NCBI GenBank assembly: GCA_013239625.1
Contig: MU057347.1
Location: 1,203,459 to 1,267,458, forward strand
Direction: 5' to 3'
DNA from: Lama guanicoe
Taxonomy: Eukaryota
Length of the DNA stretch: 64,000 bases
Positions 24,211-37,830 of the stretch are shown piece after piece. Position 1 is the stretch's first letter. Every line of letters starts with the position of its first letter. A program made the position numbers and the translations under genes. The notes under the pieces were generated by a model. It saw only the letters and a list, made by a program, of their open reading frames with translations. It was not told the origin of the DNA and did no database searches.

Positions 24211-27200
24211 CTGGGGGAGAGAGGAGGTTCGCTGCTATATGGATCTGTGGGGAAGTGGCTTGGCACCGGGTCACCAAGGGCTGCGCTTTGGTGGCAGGCA
24301 CTTGGCCTTTGCCAGGAATGGCAGGGATTTGAGGAGCAAGTGGCAGATGTCCTGGAGTCACAGCCATGGTAATGAGTCAGTCCTTTTGCAGAATACCTTT
24401 AGTTTTAAAATTCTGAATTAAAAGAGCTTAAAAATGGAAAAACCCGAACACTGAAACATTATCTCGCATCTAACCTATGTTCTAATAAGTAAGTGATATC
24501 CCTCTCAGAACATTTCATTGCTGCTACTGAGGAATGAGCTGAGGAGGAAGCAATTTCCGCTCTTAGAGACAGGTAAACTGAGACCCACTTATAAGTCCGC
24601 CAGCTCCGGGCCTATAAACAGAACCACGGCTCTACAAGCTGTTCCCACCGTAACTCACAGATCAAGAGCGCTGTGAAAGGCTGATGCCAAGGGATCAGAT
24701 TTTTCAAACTGGACAGGTTCTCAGGGACCCCAGTGTTCTAGGCAAGGTCAAGAGGCCCAGAGAGGTCAACCAACTGGCCTCAGGTCACAAAGCAATTTAG
24801 ATCAGTGCCAGACTAGAGCCTGAGCTCTAGGTCACCTCCCCCCGCCCCCCGTGGGGAGGAGGAGTAAGCAGTGTGGGAGGGGAGGTGAAAGAGATGGGAG
24901 GGGACACAAGAAAGAGACTGGGTGGGGGAATAGGGAAAAGGGGGTGTGGGCCCAGATACTCAGCCCTCTCTTCCTGCTCTGGCTTTTGGGAAACCCACTG
25001 GCCCTGTTTTGACTGCGTGAGGTGGCCAGAAGGACCTCTTGGGCCCAGGCTCCCTGGCTGAGGGAGCCCAGTTGCTGGTTTTCACAGGTTTCCCAGAGCC
25101 CAGGCCCTCCCGCTCCTCTCCACTAAGGGGCAGCATCAACCCAGCGTTCTGCCGTCCTCGCCGCAGCCCAGCCGGGAAAGTTGGCCGAGGGCGCCGTCAG
25201 CTCACAGCAGGAGAGGGCTGCTCTCCAGGACGGCACCTGGTCTGCTCCTCCCGGAAGCGCGAGCGCCCAGCTCCATCTCTGTGCTGGCCAGGAGGCGGGG
25301 TAGGGTGGGGCAGAGTGAATGGGTCTGGGGGATGCCCGGAGGCTGCCTCCAGCTTCAGCCAGGCCCTTGGAGGACCAGCTTAGGCTGCACTGCCTATGGA
25401 GCTCCAGGGGCCACTCCTGCCTGGCGGCCGGCTGCAAACGCAGAGTTAATTTTNNNNNNNNNNNNNNNNNNNNNNNNNNNNNNNNNNNNNNNNNNNNNNN
25501 NNNNNNNNNNNNNNNNNNNNNNNNNNNNNNNNNNNNNNNNNNNNNNNNNNNNNNNNNNNNNNNNNNNNNNNNNNNNNNNNNNNNNNNNNNNNNATTGGAG
25601 CCAGTAGATGGGAGGGTGTGTGGCCCATCCTCCTCGGGTGTGAGGGCTGAGGCATGGGGCTCTCCTGCCACACACACGGACATCTTCATCCCCGGCCCAG
25701 AGCTGCCTGGAAATCTCAGGAGTGGCATGTCCCTCTCGGGCCTGCAGGGTGGGGAGGGATGGGTCCTGCTGAGGGGCTGGTGGCTGCAGGAGTAAATGGG
25801 CAAGAGGCAAAGATGCCCACTGGGGCAAGTAGAAGGCTGAGGCTGAGTTGGGCCAACAGATGAGCTCCTAGATGCCCAAGGTGTGGCATCCCAGGTCAGG
25901 CCTCAGAAGAGCTGAGCCGAGAACGTGGGGGAAGAGGGTGGCAGTCTGCTGGGAAAGGAAGAAAGGTTGATACTCTTGGGACAGTCCTACTTCACTACAT
26001 GAGCTCACCAGCCGCTGGGCAGAGACAGAGTTTCTGTAGGGCTCAGGGGGAGCCTTCTGGCCTGGCTGCTCTGTGTGAGGGCTGCCTGTGGCATGGGCCG
26101 AAGTCCTGCTTGCTGCCTGGCCCCCCTGAGGGTATAAGATGGTTCCCAGAGAGGGCCCTGCCCAGAGGCCAGCGTGGCAGCCCTAGCTTCCTGGCCTTGG
26201 TGGGGACCAGCAGTATGCAAAGGCTGGCTGGTGTGCCACAGGGTCGGGGTGCACTGGGCAAACACCTGGCCTTGTGTCCCACGGAGGGGCAGGTGGGGTG
26301 GACCGTAGGCAGGTAAGTGAGAAGTCCTTGGAACTATCTGAGGGCCAGGGAGGGAAGCCCTGCCCTGCATGGCTGGAATGTCTGCAGCCTTGCTAAGAGC
26401 TCCCTGGGGAGTCAGTAGAGTGCACAGTCCAGCTCCATGCTGCTGCTGGGACCGGTGTGGAGGAGGATGCCTTCCCCCACGGGGGCCTTCAACCTTCTGC
26501 GGGCATCTTTTGGTTCCCGCCCCTGCCTTGTCCACGTGAGAAATGGGACCTCCATTTCTGTTTGACTGCACGGATGCCCAAGGCCACAGGACCACAGGAT
26601 GAGTTGAAACGAGGAGGACAATCCCAGCTGATGCCCTAGTCAGTAGGATGGCGGTTTTCAGATAGTGTTAGAGCTACAGACACTGTTCTGGAAATAGACT
26701 CTTATCCTGAAGCTCAAAACATGAAACAGATAAAGACGGAGCTGTTGCATTTAAGGGGAAACTCCAGGACCCCTATCCCCACCCTGCTGCCTTTGGAGGC
26801 CCTGGGCTGTCTGTTGCCTTGTTCTCGGGCCTTCTGCCTGGACATTGAGACCTGTACATGAATCTGCCTTTTACGTTTTTCTTAGTGGTAGAAACTGAGA
26901 GCGATTTTGCTGGCAGGGAGAGCAGAAGCTATTTGCAGAGTCGCTGACTTGCAAGGCCCCATTTTCGCTCCTCAACTCNNNNNNNNNNNNNNNNNNNNNN
27001 NNNNNNNNNNNNNNNNNNNNNNNNNNNNNNNNNNNNNNNNNNNNNNNNNNNNNNNNNNNNNNNNNNNNNNNNNNNNNNNNNNNNNNNNNNNNNNNNNNNN
27101 NNNNNNNNNNAAAGTGATCTGGGCAGCCAGATCAGGACTCCAGAACCCGATCTAGCCTACCAGGATCCTGGGCAAGGGGAAGGAAGCAAAGGGGCTTGTG

Positions 27201-28469
27201 CTAACTCAGATGGGTGCAGACACCTGAAATGCGCCTTGAAAAGGAACCAGTCCTCTACATGGGTTCAGGGAATTTGTGGAACCCAGACTTCCCCTCTGCC
27301 CCGCACTGGCAAGACTCCCTGGGATCCTGGGGCCACACTATATCAGAGGCAAAGTAAGGCAGGGGCTTCCTGCCCAAGATGGGAATTTTCTTCACTGTCT
27401 GTTGTGAATGGCCACCTATCCCTGACTCACAGACCTCCAGTTTCAGAGAGCTCATTATCTGCCCTCTCTGATCCACTGCTGGACAGTGGGAGGTGCAAGA
27501 AAGTTCTTTTCCCACTGAAGGAAGTGCCTCTTTTAATTCCCTGAACAAGCCTGCCCATCCCCTTCCAGTCCCCTGCTCCCTCAAGTACTCCAGGCTTGTA
27601 AGAATCTGGAAGGTTCTAGGTGCCCTAGAGATAGCAAGGCAGTCCACAGATTCAGGTTTGCCAGAAGACACACAGACAGGTCCAAAAACCCCTCACAAGG
27701 TCCTGATGCAAACCCTGCAGTGCCAGGCTGTGCCTCTCTGCAGCCATCAGCACGGAATTTCCTTGAGGGGGTCTCCTTCCACAGGCACAGGTGGGGCTGA
27801 GGAGCTAGGTTTGGGTTGAAGAAAATGGGAGAAGGTGAAGAGAGGGGACAAAAGCATCCAGGCACCACCCCCACCCCCCAGAAAGGAAAAAGGTGGCATG
27901 AGAAGGGTGACAGATGGGGAGGAGGAGGAGGGAAGGGAGGGGAGGCACCCAGGGGAGGAAGGAGGGGAGGCTGCCCCCTCGGCCCCACACCCCCTGCAGG
28001 AGGACCTGGCCTGCTCCCTCCGCCTTGGCCCTGCTGCTGAAATTCCAGCTCTGTGCACGGCCCAGCTGGCTTGCCGCCAATCATGTGCCAGCTCCAGGCT
28101 GGGCAGCGGGAAGTGGGGCACGCGGCGGGCATATGGACGAGAAGCCAGGAAGTGCCGAGCCAAGGGCTGGATGTCCGCTTCGCCCGGAGACGCAAAGCCT
28201 GGGGGGACCAGCCCAGCCCTGCCCTCTCCACAGCATGGAGGTCGCGGACCTTAGCCTTCATAAATACCCAGGAAGTGCCTACCGGTGAGGTTTGGGGCTG
28301 GGCACCGAGGGGACCAGGGAAGTCACATGGTCCGGTTGGCCCAAACCTGTCCCCCTCAAAAAGCAACTCGGTAGGCTCACTAGCTGCCCACAGGAGGTTT
28401 GTAGAGAGGCAGGACGTGAGGTGGTCAGGGCTTGGGCTCTGGGGCCAGCTGCCTGGCTCCGAACATCGG

Positions 28470-28635
28470 CTAGGTGACCTCGAGGCAGGTGGAATCATCT
28501 CTCTGGGCCCTATTTTCCTCATCTGGAAACCGAGGTTTAACAGTAGCACCTGTTTCATCCATATAACCTTCATCTGCGTGATGGCTCAGAGAGCTGGTGC
28601 AGGGGAAGTGCTGAGCGCAGAGCCTGGCACGTGCA
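28470..28635 (+). mobile_element. MIR SINE
   Basis: gtgacctcgaggcagg...tctctgggccctattttcctcatctggaaa...agagcctggcacgt. Confidence 0.6.
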
Positions 28636-30175
28636 GCTTCCAGCACCGGTGGATTCAGTGCTGAGAAAGTGGGCAGGGCCTATAAGTACCAAGGGGCCCA
28701 CACGGGCCCCAGCTTGGGTATCCCTCCCTTGGTCCACGACCCTCCTGTGGAAATACTCTCAGAACTGCCTTCCCACAAGTCCTTTCCCAGCGCACAGGTG
28801 CTGGGAAGCAGGAGGGCTGGGGGCAGATGGTACAATCATCTCCTGCTTCCCTCAGCCTGACCCCTTATCTCTCTGAGGTCCTTGGCACATGGGTCTTTCC
28901 TTAAGGCTCATTTAGGGCAAAAGCCATCTTCTGAGGACAAGGACAAACCAGATTGTTGGATTTTTAAAAAAAAAAAATCAGGCCATATGGGGAAAACGAT
29001 AGACTTATAAACCTCTGCTGCACTCCAAGGCTATTTATAAAAGAACTTAGGGCGGGGGGTGGTTCATGTCTGCCTTGGATGAGGAAGCCCAGTCACTGCG
29101 GGGCAAGTATCTAGGAAGCTGGAGAGCAAGTCAATGCAGAGGGGTGTGAGGACACTGGCTGATGGCCATTTCAGTGCTGTGTGACCTCAGGCTAGTAGCT
29201 TAACTCTCTGGGTCTCAGTTTCCTTTACTATGAAATGTGGCCACAGTGTCTCTGTCACAGGACTGCTGTGAGGCTTGAATGAACATAAAGTGCTTGGCTT
29301 TACTGGTTTAGTGGTGTACGAGTGGTTCAGAGCTGGGCGTGAGCCATGGCAATGGGGGTCAACAGGGAGATGGCTAGATCCCGGGAAGGCCCCTCCTGCT
29401 CTGGCCACCATCCCCTCCAGCTGCCCCATGTGGGATGTTTCCCACTCTAGACTGCCATCTCTGCTCCCTACTGCCTACCCAAAGCTTAGAATGCCAGCTT
29501 ACCTGCCACCTTCTCCATGAAGTCCCCTTGGCTTAGCACTTCACGTTGGTGCCTGGAGGTGCCTTTGCTGAACACCCAGGAACCTGGGTCCTTGTTCCCT
29601 CAAAGCTTATCTTGGAGACATTTCTGTTTCTCGAGTCTTAGTTTTGCTCTCAGACTCCCCAGCCTAAATTGAACTGTGATCTCCTTGAGGGTGGAGACCA
29701 GGTCCCCAGACTTCCCCTGGGGAACTTCTAGTACGGACCTCACAGGGCTGTTGGGGACTGAGTGAACTCCCACTCAGGAGGTATTTGGAACAGGCTTGGC
29801 ACACAATGAATGCCAGGGAAGCTTTTACTGTTATTATTATCTAGCCACTCCCACCCCCACCTGCGGTCTCACCCTTGGCCACGGGCTGGAGCTGAGGGGA
29901 TGGAGTGAAGCAGAAGCCAGGAAGAGGAGGGCTTCCCTCCTGCGCCCCCACCCCAGTCCCTCTCCTTCCCTCCCTTTCACACCCTTCAACCTGCTTCTCC
30001 TTTGTGCTCAGACCACAGAGCCCGCCCCCTCGCCCCGAGAGCCATCTCTGGCTGCCATGCCCTTGCCCTGTGCCCCCCTGGGTCCCCAAAGGCCGTTTCA
30101 TCACGCCTCAGCTCCCCGCCCCGCCCCCTGCCCAACATGTGCGGAGCCCATGGCCTCCTGCCAAGGCCTGGGGCT

Positions 30176-30411
30176 NNNNNNNNNNNNNNNNNNNNNNNNN
30201 NNNNNNNNNNNNNNNNNNNNNNNNNNNNNNNNNNNNNNNNNNNNNNNNNNNNNNNNNNNNNNNNNNNNNNNNNNNNNNNNNNNNNNNNNNNNNNNNNNNN
30301 NNNNNNNNNNNNNNNNNNNNNNNNNNNNNNNNNNNNNNNNNNNNNNNNNNNNNNNNNNNNNNNNNNNNNNNNNNNNNNNNNNNNNNNNNNNNNNNNNNNN
30401 NNNNNNNNNNN
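30176..30411 (-). other. Assembly gap (236 N), probable location of the unseen NOL4L coding exon 2
   Basis: The gap is seen directly. The expected peptide (...RVAVVEDFFDIIYSMHVE...HAGQKKTYRA, recalled) is absent from the readable sequence. The gap is about 6 kb upstream of exon 3 and long enough to hold an exon of about 150 nt. The placement is inference. Confidence 0.6.
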
Positions 30412-31477
30412 GAGAGCTGGGCCCTGCGGCTGGGCACTGGGTTGGGCGTAGGGCTCGCTGACCCCGCAAGGCCTGTGATGGTAGGTCTGGGGGCGGGGGG
30501 GTCTAGGGGGCAGGAGCCTGCTGCCAGGGCCGCAGGAAGGGAGCTACCAGAGTCGGGGTGGCGGCTGCTCCTAAATCCATCAGAAACAATGGGCAGAGAA
30601 AAACAACGAAAATACAAATTAAAAAACCAAGAGCCTCCATGTTCACAATTTCAGACAGATTGTGCCAGACTCAGGCGGGGAGCATTCGAATCACAGGCTG
30701 TGCCAAGACCATCCTGGAAGTCTCTGGGGAAGTGGGGGTGCTAAATAGATGCGGCCCCATCAGGAGCTCGCCAATTAGCAGTAACCTTTCACTGTGGTCC
30801 TGCCTGGGGTCCTGGGGGAATGGCTCAGATCACCTGGGTGACTCCTGCCTCGCCCTGGCCTTTCAGAAAAGCTTTTCACTGAGGCCTGCCTCCCCACTCC
30901 ACTCCAGCAGCTGAGCGCCAGCCACAGCACCCGGGCTCTTTGTGTGCAGAGATGTAGAGAATAACAGACACAAGGCCATGGGGAGGTGGCAGGGCCACGT
31001 GAGTGGGGTGGCCATGGGCCCCCCGAGCCTCCTAAGGGGCTGGCATGAGTGCTGTCAGCTGGCCCCGAAAAGGTGCAGCAGAATCTCAGGGACACGGGGC
31101 TCTCAGCCATCATCTCCCTCAGGGGAGACTCGGAGGGCTCTGGGGGTGCTTCAAAGAGGAAGAGCAAGGAGTAGGGAGGGGGGGATTCGGGAAGAAGGAG
31201 GCAGGCTTTTCTTTAAAAGTGCCTGAGACACAAATCTCACAAATCTCCAAGAGAATTCTTCCCCAAAGGATCCTGCTCAAGAACGCTAGCCCTTTGTGGA
31301 GGCCTTGGGGGGTAGAAGGGGGGGTTTCTCTTGGCTCACAGTTGTCTCACCAGAACTGAGAACAACGTGTGGCACACAGTAGGCTCAATAAACAACTGCC
31401 AATGACTGGCTGGTTATCAGTGGCAGCCAGGCAGGGTAATTTGGACACACTCTTTCACTGGGGCCCCATGCATTTAA

Positions 31478-31650
31478 GTGGCTGTGTGACCCTGAGCAGC
31501 TATTTTGCTTCTCAGAGCCTCAAGTCCTTTATCCAGAAAATGGGGATAACAGAAGCATCTTTCCATGAGCTCCGAAGAGGAGTAAATGAGATGTGTGTGC
31601 AGTATTTAGTGTCCAGCCCGGCCCATAGGAACTGCCAGATAAATACTGTC
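31478..31650 (+). mobile_element. MIR SINE
   Basis: ggctgtgtgaccctgagcag...tcagagcctcaag...aaaatggggataaca. Confidence 0.7.
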
Positions 31651-32110
31651 ATTAAGCAGTGCTTTGCCAATGGCCAAGTTTCCCTAGTGAGGAGAGGGCT
31701 GAGCATCACAACGAGCCTGGGAGATTGTTAGGGTTGGGACCTGCCTGCCGGTTGGTGGCTGGTAAGTGGCAGAGCTGGCTGAGGACCTCTGTCTTTGTCG
31801 TCCGGGGAGAATAGAGGCCACGCTGAATGGGACACTCATTCACAACACATTCCAGCCACAGACAGGGTTTGGTTTTACCCAGCAACTTTCTCAACATGCC
31901 ATGACAGGATGGCAGGGCTGTTTCTTTGCCAGCAGCCCACTGGAGAGCAGATGGGAGAGGAAGTGCGTTTGGGGCTTAGGGACCAAACCCTAGTGGGCAG
32001 GTCAGTGAGCGACAACCCTGGGTGGTGACCTCACTGGCCCTGTACAGGCCCTCTTGCCAATGGCTTTCTTCCTAATCAGGATCCATTTCAACGGGGACTT
32101 CTCAGCACGC

Positions 32111-32147
32111 ATCCCGGGTGTGTGTGTGTGTGTGTGTGTGTGATCCC

Positions 32148-32181
<34 letters not shown>
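32111..32181 (+). repeat. Compound microsatellite ATCCCGGG(TG)12 ATCCCGGG(TG)15
   Basis: Read directly from the sequence. Confidence 0.97.
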
Positions 32182-32183
<2 letters not shown>

Positions 32184-34393
32184 GAAGAGCTGCCTGCTGG
32201 TCCTGCCTGCTTGCTGTGAGATTGTGGGCAAACTCGTCAACCTCCCCGAGCTTCACTTACGAGATGAGCTGTAAAATTCCATGACTCTTCTATTCTTAAA
32301 ACTCTCTCAGAAGTCACTGTTATCTTTCTTGAGGGTATGTTCAGAAGTTCCCCTCTAAAGTCCTGGGCTCATCGGTGAGTAACTGATTTATTCATTAGCT
32401 GACTTGTAACTACCAGCATTTTGGGGGTCTTCAAATACTGCCATGATGGAGTATTTTGACGGGTCAGTTACAATATACTTCTAACCAGAGGTTCGCATTG
32501 GCAAAAACAAAAAAAAGAACCTTGACGATGAAAATATAAGTGGGTTTCTATTTCTTGATCTGGGGTAATGGCTTTACAGGTGAGTTCAGTTTATAAAAAG
32601 CCATTGATCTGAACACTTACAATCTGTGTACTTTTCTGTGTCGGTTAATTTAAAAAGTATATTTTTTAAAAAAGTATAATGGGGTGGGTAGTTCCACAAC
32701 ATCTTTATAGTCTGAGTCCAGAGGCATAATGATGGGTTTAGCTGCTTAAATGCGAATAGACCTCTCTGTTCATAAAACCGTTTCACGCCAGAACACAGAT
32801 ACTTCCGGAAAAAGTAGATCAAGTTTGGTGGGAACGAATGGAGAAAGAAAACAGTCTGATAAAAGATATTTTAGATGGGTGAGATGGAAAGTGCCCCCTA
32901 ACCAGCCTGGTGACCTTGGGAAGGTCACTTCTTGACTTCTTAAAACTCAATTTCCTTACACCTGTAAAACGAGCCTAAAAAGTCCCGGTTTGATGTTCCA
33001 AGACTCAGGTAAGAATGTAAGTCAGGCATCTGCCACATACAGGCTTGTAAATGTTCATCTCCTCCCTAAGACCCACAGAGTTTAGACATTTTGTGTTTAG
33101 GAATCTGTTCTTCTGTCCCTCTGATCCATTCAGGTTACAGAAGAGGTTCCCTGAGATAATATCCGCCATCAGAAGAGATGCAGAGTCTTATGCAATTCCT
33201 AAGTAACATACCAAGGGCTGTCACACAGACTGGGAATAAGCTTTCCTAAAGTCAAGGTGTAACTAACCAACCCAGACTAAATAACAAAACACACTGCCCA
33301 GTGCCTGGCCTGGCGCTGTCTGGGCCTCCCACCTCCATTCATAGGCAGACGTGGGTAACCAACAGCGTTAAACCTGGCCCAACGTGACCATAAAGTTATC
33401 CCAGAGAAATCCTTCAGGGATGCTCCCTCTTTAAAAATTGGCTGTGATCTGCCCTGCTGTTTAAACCTGGGTCCTGTGATCGGTCTATCCCAGCTGCAGA
33501 GATGTACACAGGAAAGGAGAGGGCCTGTAGCAACCAGAATTCAAACCATACAAGGTCTGCAGAACCACACCTTGAACTGTCCTCTGGTGAGCTGGGGCCA
33601 CCTGGACACCATGTGTATGACACCCTGAGGGAGGAACACCAGGATATCTGTGTGGCCTTCAAGGAGAGCCGTGAGAAGAGGACAAAGGGATCCCACGGCA
33701 GTCATGTGCCACAGACTGCTCTGCCATGCCCTGCATCCACAGAGGTAATAACCTTCATGCTACATGCTGCAGGAAAGGCATGCCTTTCCCAGCTGAGAAT
33801 CCAGACACAGTACTACAAGGCAAGAGCTGCTAATTAAGGGAGCCAAAAGCACCTTCTCCATAGCCTTGGGATGTCCCTGCCAACCACCTCTGCTTTGTAC
33901 CCCAATTAGCTTAATCTGATCCATAGCCCTAAGCAAGCTGGGCCCTGGGTTGACAAAGGAAGCTCACTTCATTTACAGGCTGGATAAAAAGGGGGGCTGA
34001 AGCCTCCAGACGATCCCCGTCTTCCTAGGAATGCCAACCAGGAGTGATGGAATGGAACCCAGCGGCACCCCATGGGAAAAGCCATGAAAAACACACGGTC
34101 AGTTGTGCAGGACCGACCTCTGGGGCCTTCTTGCGTGGGGAAGAGTATTGCCATGGTAACATACTATATCCTTTTGAAACGACTAACTCCAAAACAGCCA
34201 GCCAGACTCTGGCCAACAAAACCAGACATGGCAATAGTTTTTAAAGATTCATGGAGCTACAAACTTTCTTGGAGGTCACCATCTTCCTTAAAATCAGCCC
34301 ATTTGGGTTCTAAACTAAAGGCCAGGTTGCCAGCCATGGAGGAAATCACCAAATGTCTACTGAAGTAAGGCTGGTATTTCAGAATATTTATAA

Positions 34394-34549
34394 CAATGGT
34401 CCATAAAGTGTGGTCCCGAGGCATTACCTGGGAACTTGTTAGAAGTGAAATTCTCAGGTCTCACCCCAGACCTACCAAATCTGACACTCTGAGGGTTTTA
34501 ATAGGCCCCCTAGATGATTCATATGCATGACAGATTTTGAGAACTGCTG
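34394..34549. mobile_element. MER5A hAT-Charlie MITE
   Basis: caatggt..ataaagtgtggtccc...acctgggaacttgttagaa.tg.aaattctcagg..tcaccccagacctac...tttgagaactgctg. Confidence 0.8.
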
Positions 34550-36789
34550 ATTAGAATGTCTCCATGATTGAGACTGGGAGGTAGCCAGTAAGGAAACTGG
34601 CATTGGATAATGAATGCAGACACGTTCTGTGCTGCTAGGCCTAATATATTAGCATTTTCTTCTCTAGTGAAGGCCCATTTTCCTAATGGGGGGAACAAAG
34701 CAATATTATTGGGTGACATTAGTATGATTTCAAAACACCTGCCCAGAGATGCAATGTGATTTACGGATAGAAAGAGCAGGAGTGCCCAGCATCCTGACAT
34801 CCAATTTTCAAGTCCTCTCTGGTAAAACTAATTAATGCTTAAGCAGGTCATCCCTTTACAGGTCTTTTCTGGCTTCCTCAGTTTCCTCAAATGATCTGAA
34901 TTCTCAGCACAAGGAGGACTGCTGCGTCCAGGGCTGCCAAACCTATGAGGGAGATGAGCGTGTCTTCCCAGGTCCTGCCTGGGTGGCCTCACGGGCTGCG
35001 GTTGGGAGTCATCCCTCAGGTGAATCTTGCCTGTCTCCCCACTAAGCCACTTAAATGGACTCCTGCCCTTGAAGGCAGGTCCAATTGCTAATGGATCACA
35101 GTTTTGTCATCACCGGAATTCTGAAGTCACTTGCTGGTAAAAAGTTATATACTCATCAAGGTGGGCTCACCATTTCAGGACACCAGGGTGTCGTTTGGTG
35201 CAACATCGTCACTATATTAGTAGCATATGCTTTCCAGCAACAATGGGGACCCGATTAAGAGAATGTGGCCAGAGAGAGGGGACATTTCTCAGTTGGGTTC
35301 CTATGGTAAAGGAAGAAACCACAGAGAAAGTCCTGAGGGTGAGCCCTTTTGGTGCAGCTTTCAATAAAGAGTGAAAAGCAATGAGACTGCCATCAGAGAA
35401 GAAAGTCAATGAGCAGAATCTGGGGAAACACACCTTTGGCCACCACTTGTATGGGAGCCCAGGACTTCAGGGGGTTGATTGCACAGGCAAATGTGATGAT
35501 GTGGCTCCACCCCAGTTGGCTAAGTGGCTGCGATTACAGGCAAAAGCTACTGCAAATATTAGCTGCATGCTCCTCCCAACTTGTGGGAGTGTGGCTGTTC
35601 CTCTTGTGCCCCAAACCACACTTTAATAAATTCAGGCAGGCCCAAGGTTTTGAAAATGGGGGTAGCAGTTTTTCGGGGTCCCCACAAAGTCTTATTCCAA
35701 CTCCTGGTAGGGCTGGAAGAAGACCCAAGGGGAGGAGTCAGCTTCCTGCAAAAGGTCCTCAGAGGGAAAGGAAAGTGGTGGAGAGGAAATTTAAAAACCA
35801 AACTAAATTGAGAGAATGAAAAGAATTGAAAACCAGAATGAAGACCCTCACCCACATATCCAGAAATTCTCTCCCAAGAATCCCCAGGAGAAGCCAGTCA
35901 CAGTTTGTAAAAGGCAATCAGATGACTGACAGAGGCAGGACAAGGACAGTATTTGAATTTTTCTCCAGTATGATCACTACCTACTGCAGACTGGAAACCA
36001 AAACCAAAGCCAAAACCAAAAAACTCCAAAATAAAAAAATCAACACCAGAATTTTTGGACCCATATTTGCATTGCGCTCTGTTGGCCTGGATGGGGCAGA
36101 GGGATGAGACCACCCCCCCTTAAATAAATAAATACATAAACAAGGCAAAGAGGACTCAATGTAGCACCTGCCTCTTCTCCACCCCTGTGCACAATCTCCA
36201 ACTGTTAGTGCGGAGCCGCCACCGCGTCGCACCTGCCATCTGGAACAGGCCTCACATATTCCAAGACCTCCTTTCTGCTTCACTGAACCTCCATCTTCTT
36301 TCAAATCACGCCGGGGACGAAAATGCACACCCCAGGCCACAGGAAAAGGTGCCTGGGATCAGCCCCCAAACAACAGCCATTACCTTTGAGGGATACCATT
36401 CCTTTAAGTAGCTCTGAATATTTCTTTTTCCCCTGTTTTTTTTTTTTCTTTTTGGTTTTGCTAACTCTGAGATGTCTGGAAAGGGTGGTGGTGGGAAAGA
36501 AGTGCAAAGAGAAAGGAGTGCAGTGGGCCAAAGTGTCCCCCTCTTGGCAGGAGAGGGGCACTGACCTTGGTTTAAGGGATGGAGGGAGGGAGCAGCTAAG
36601 GCACTCTCAAGCACGATAGGGTGGGGCCTGGCTGCGGGATTCCGGCCTTGGGGGTGCCAGGAGAGCGCAGGTGCCCCAGGTGAAGTCACAGGCCTAAGGA
36701 CGGTCCAGCCCTGACTTGAGCAAGGAACTGCCCTACTTGGGCCTCAGTTTCCTCCCGTGTCGAGGGGCCACAGTATGCACAATGCCTTT

Positions 36790-37830
36790 TGCCACCTTAC
36801 TGGAGAGTTGTGGGAACCCAAAGGATGCAGATAGCGCCCACCCTGGGCGAAACATCCGTAAATGACCTCTGTCACCACTCCTATGGAGGAGCGCGCTCTA
36901 GGACTCTGGGGACCCGCCTCCCTCTGCCCAGCGGCCAAGAGCAGGGAATGGGGTCGCTGAGGGGGGGTTCTCGGCGGAAGGGTGAGGCCCTGAGCCAGAC
37001 AGGGCCCGCGGGTGTGTCCCTTCGGGGCCGCGGCGGGTCGCCCGGCGCGCTAACGAGCCGGGGCCCCAGGTGCGGGCCCCACCCCGGACTCGGGGGGAGG
37101 AGGAGGAGCTGGAGGGGGAGGGGGAGGGGAGCAGCCCGCGCTAATGACNNNNNNNNNNNNNNNNNNNNNNNNNNNNNNNNNNNNNNNNNNNNNNNNNNNN
37201 NNNNNNNNNNNNNNNNNNNNNNNNNNNNNNNNNNNNNNNNNNNNNNNNNNNNNNNNNNNNNNNNNNNNNNNNNNNNNNNNNNNNNNNNNNNNNNNNNNNN
37301 NNNNNNNNNNNNNNNNNNNNNNNNNNNNNNNNNNNNNNNNNNNNNNNNNNNNNNNNNNNNNNNNNNNNCCGGGTGGAGGGGACGCGGGGCGACGGGCGTT
37401 AAAGACACAGGGACGCTTTCCGGCGGTGGGCCGGAGCAGCGCGCTCCCCCAGTCTCGGGCCACCAGGCGCGCGCCCGCTCACCTGGAGACCCCGCCCGCG
37501 CTGGGCCCCGCCCACTCGACACGCACCTGCTGCGCGCGCGTCCGCCGGCCCTTGCGTTCCCCCTCTCTCGGCCCCGCCTCCCCACTCTCCGCGCACCTGC
37601 TCTGCTCCCGCCCTCCCGGGACGCTGCCCACCTGTCCTTTGTGCGGGGCGGTACCATTCGATCTGGCCAGCTCTCCTTCAGGGAGCGCCCGCTATGTGCC
37701 AGGCGCCGTGCCAAGTCTGATCTGTGTAATCCTTACAGACCCTCTGCGGTAGGCGCCTCTGCTGTTCCCCGCCCAGGGAGCAGCGGGGTGTGGCCATTTG
37801 CCCAGGGTCACGCAGACTTGAACCAGCATC
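36790..37830. promoter_or_regulatory. CpG island, likely internal/alternative NOL4L promoter
   Basis: Very high GC and CpG density (gcgcgcgc runs, GC boxes ggggcgg/ccccgcc) around a 220-N gap; minus-strand donor CAG|GTGAGC at 37483/37482. Confidence 0.8.

Noticed and set aside
27581-28573. 330-aa minus-strand ORF
   Set aside because: Begins in a MIR, runs through Pro/Gly-rich low-complexity GC DNA, and has no recognisable domain; expected by chance at this GC content.
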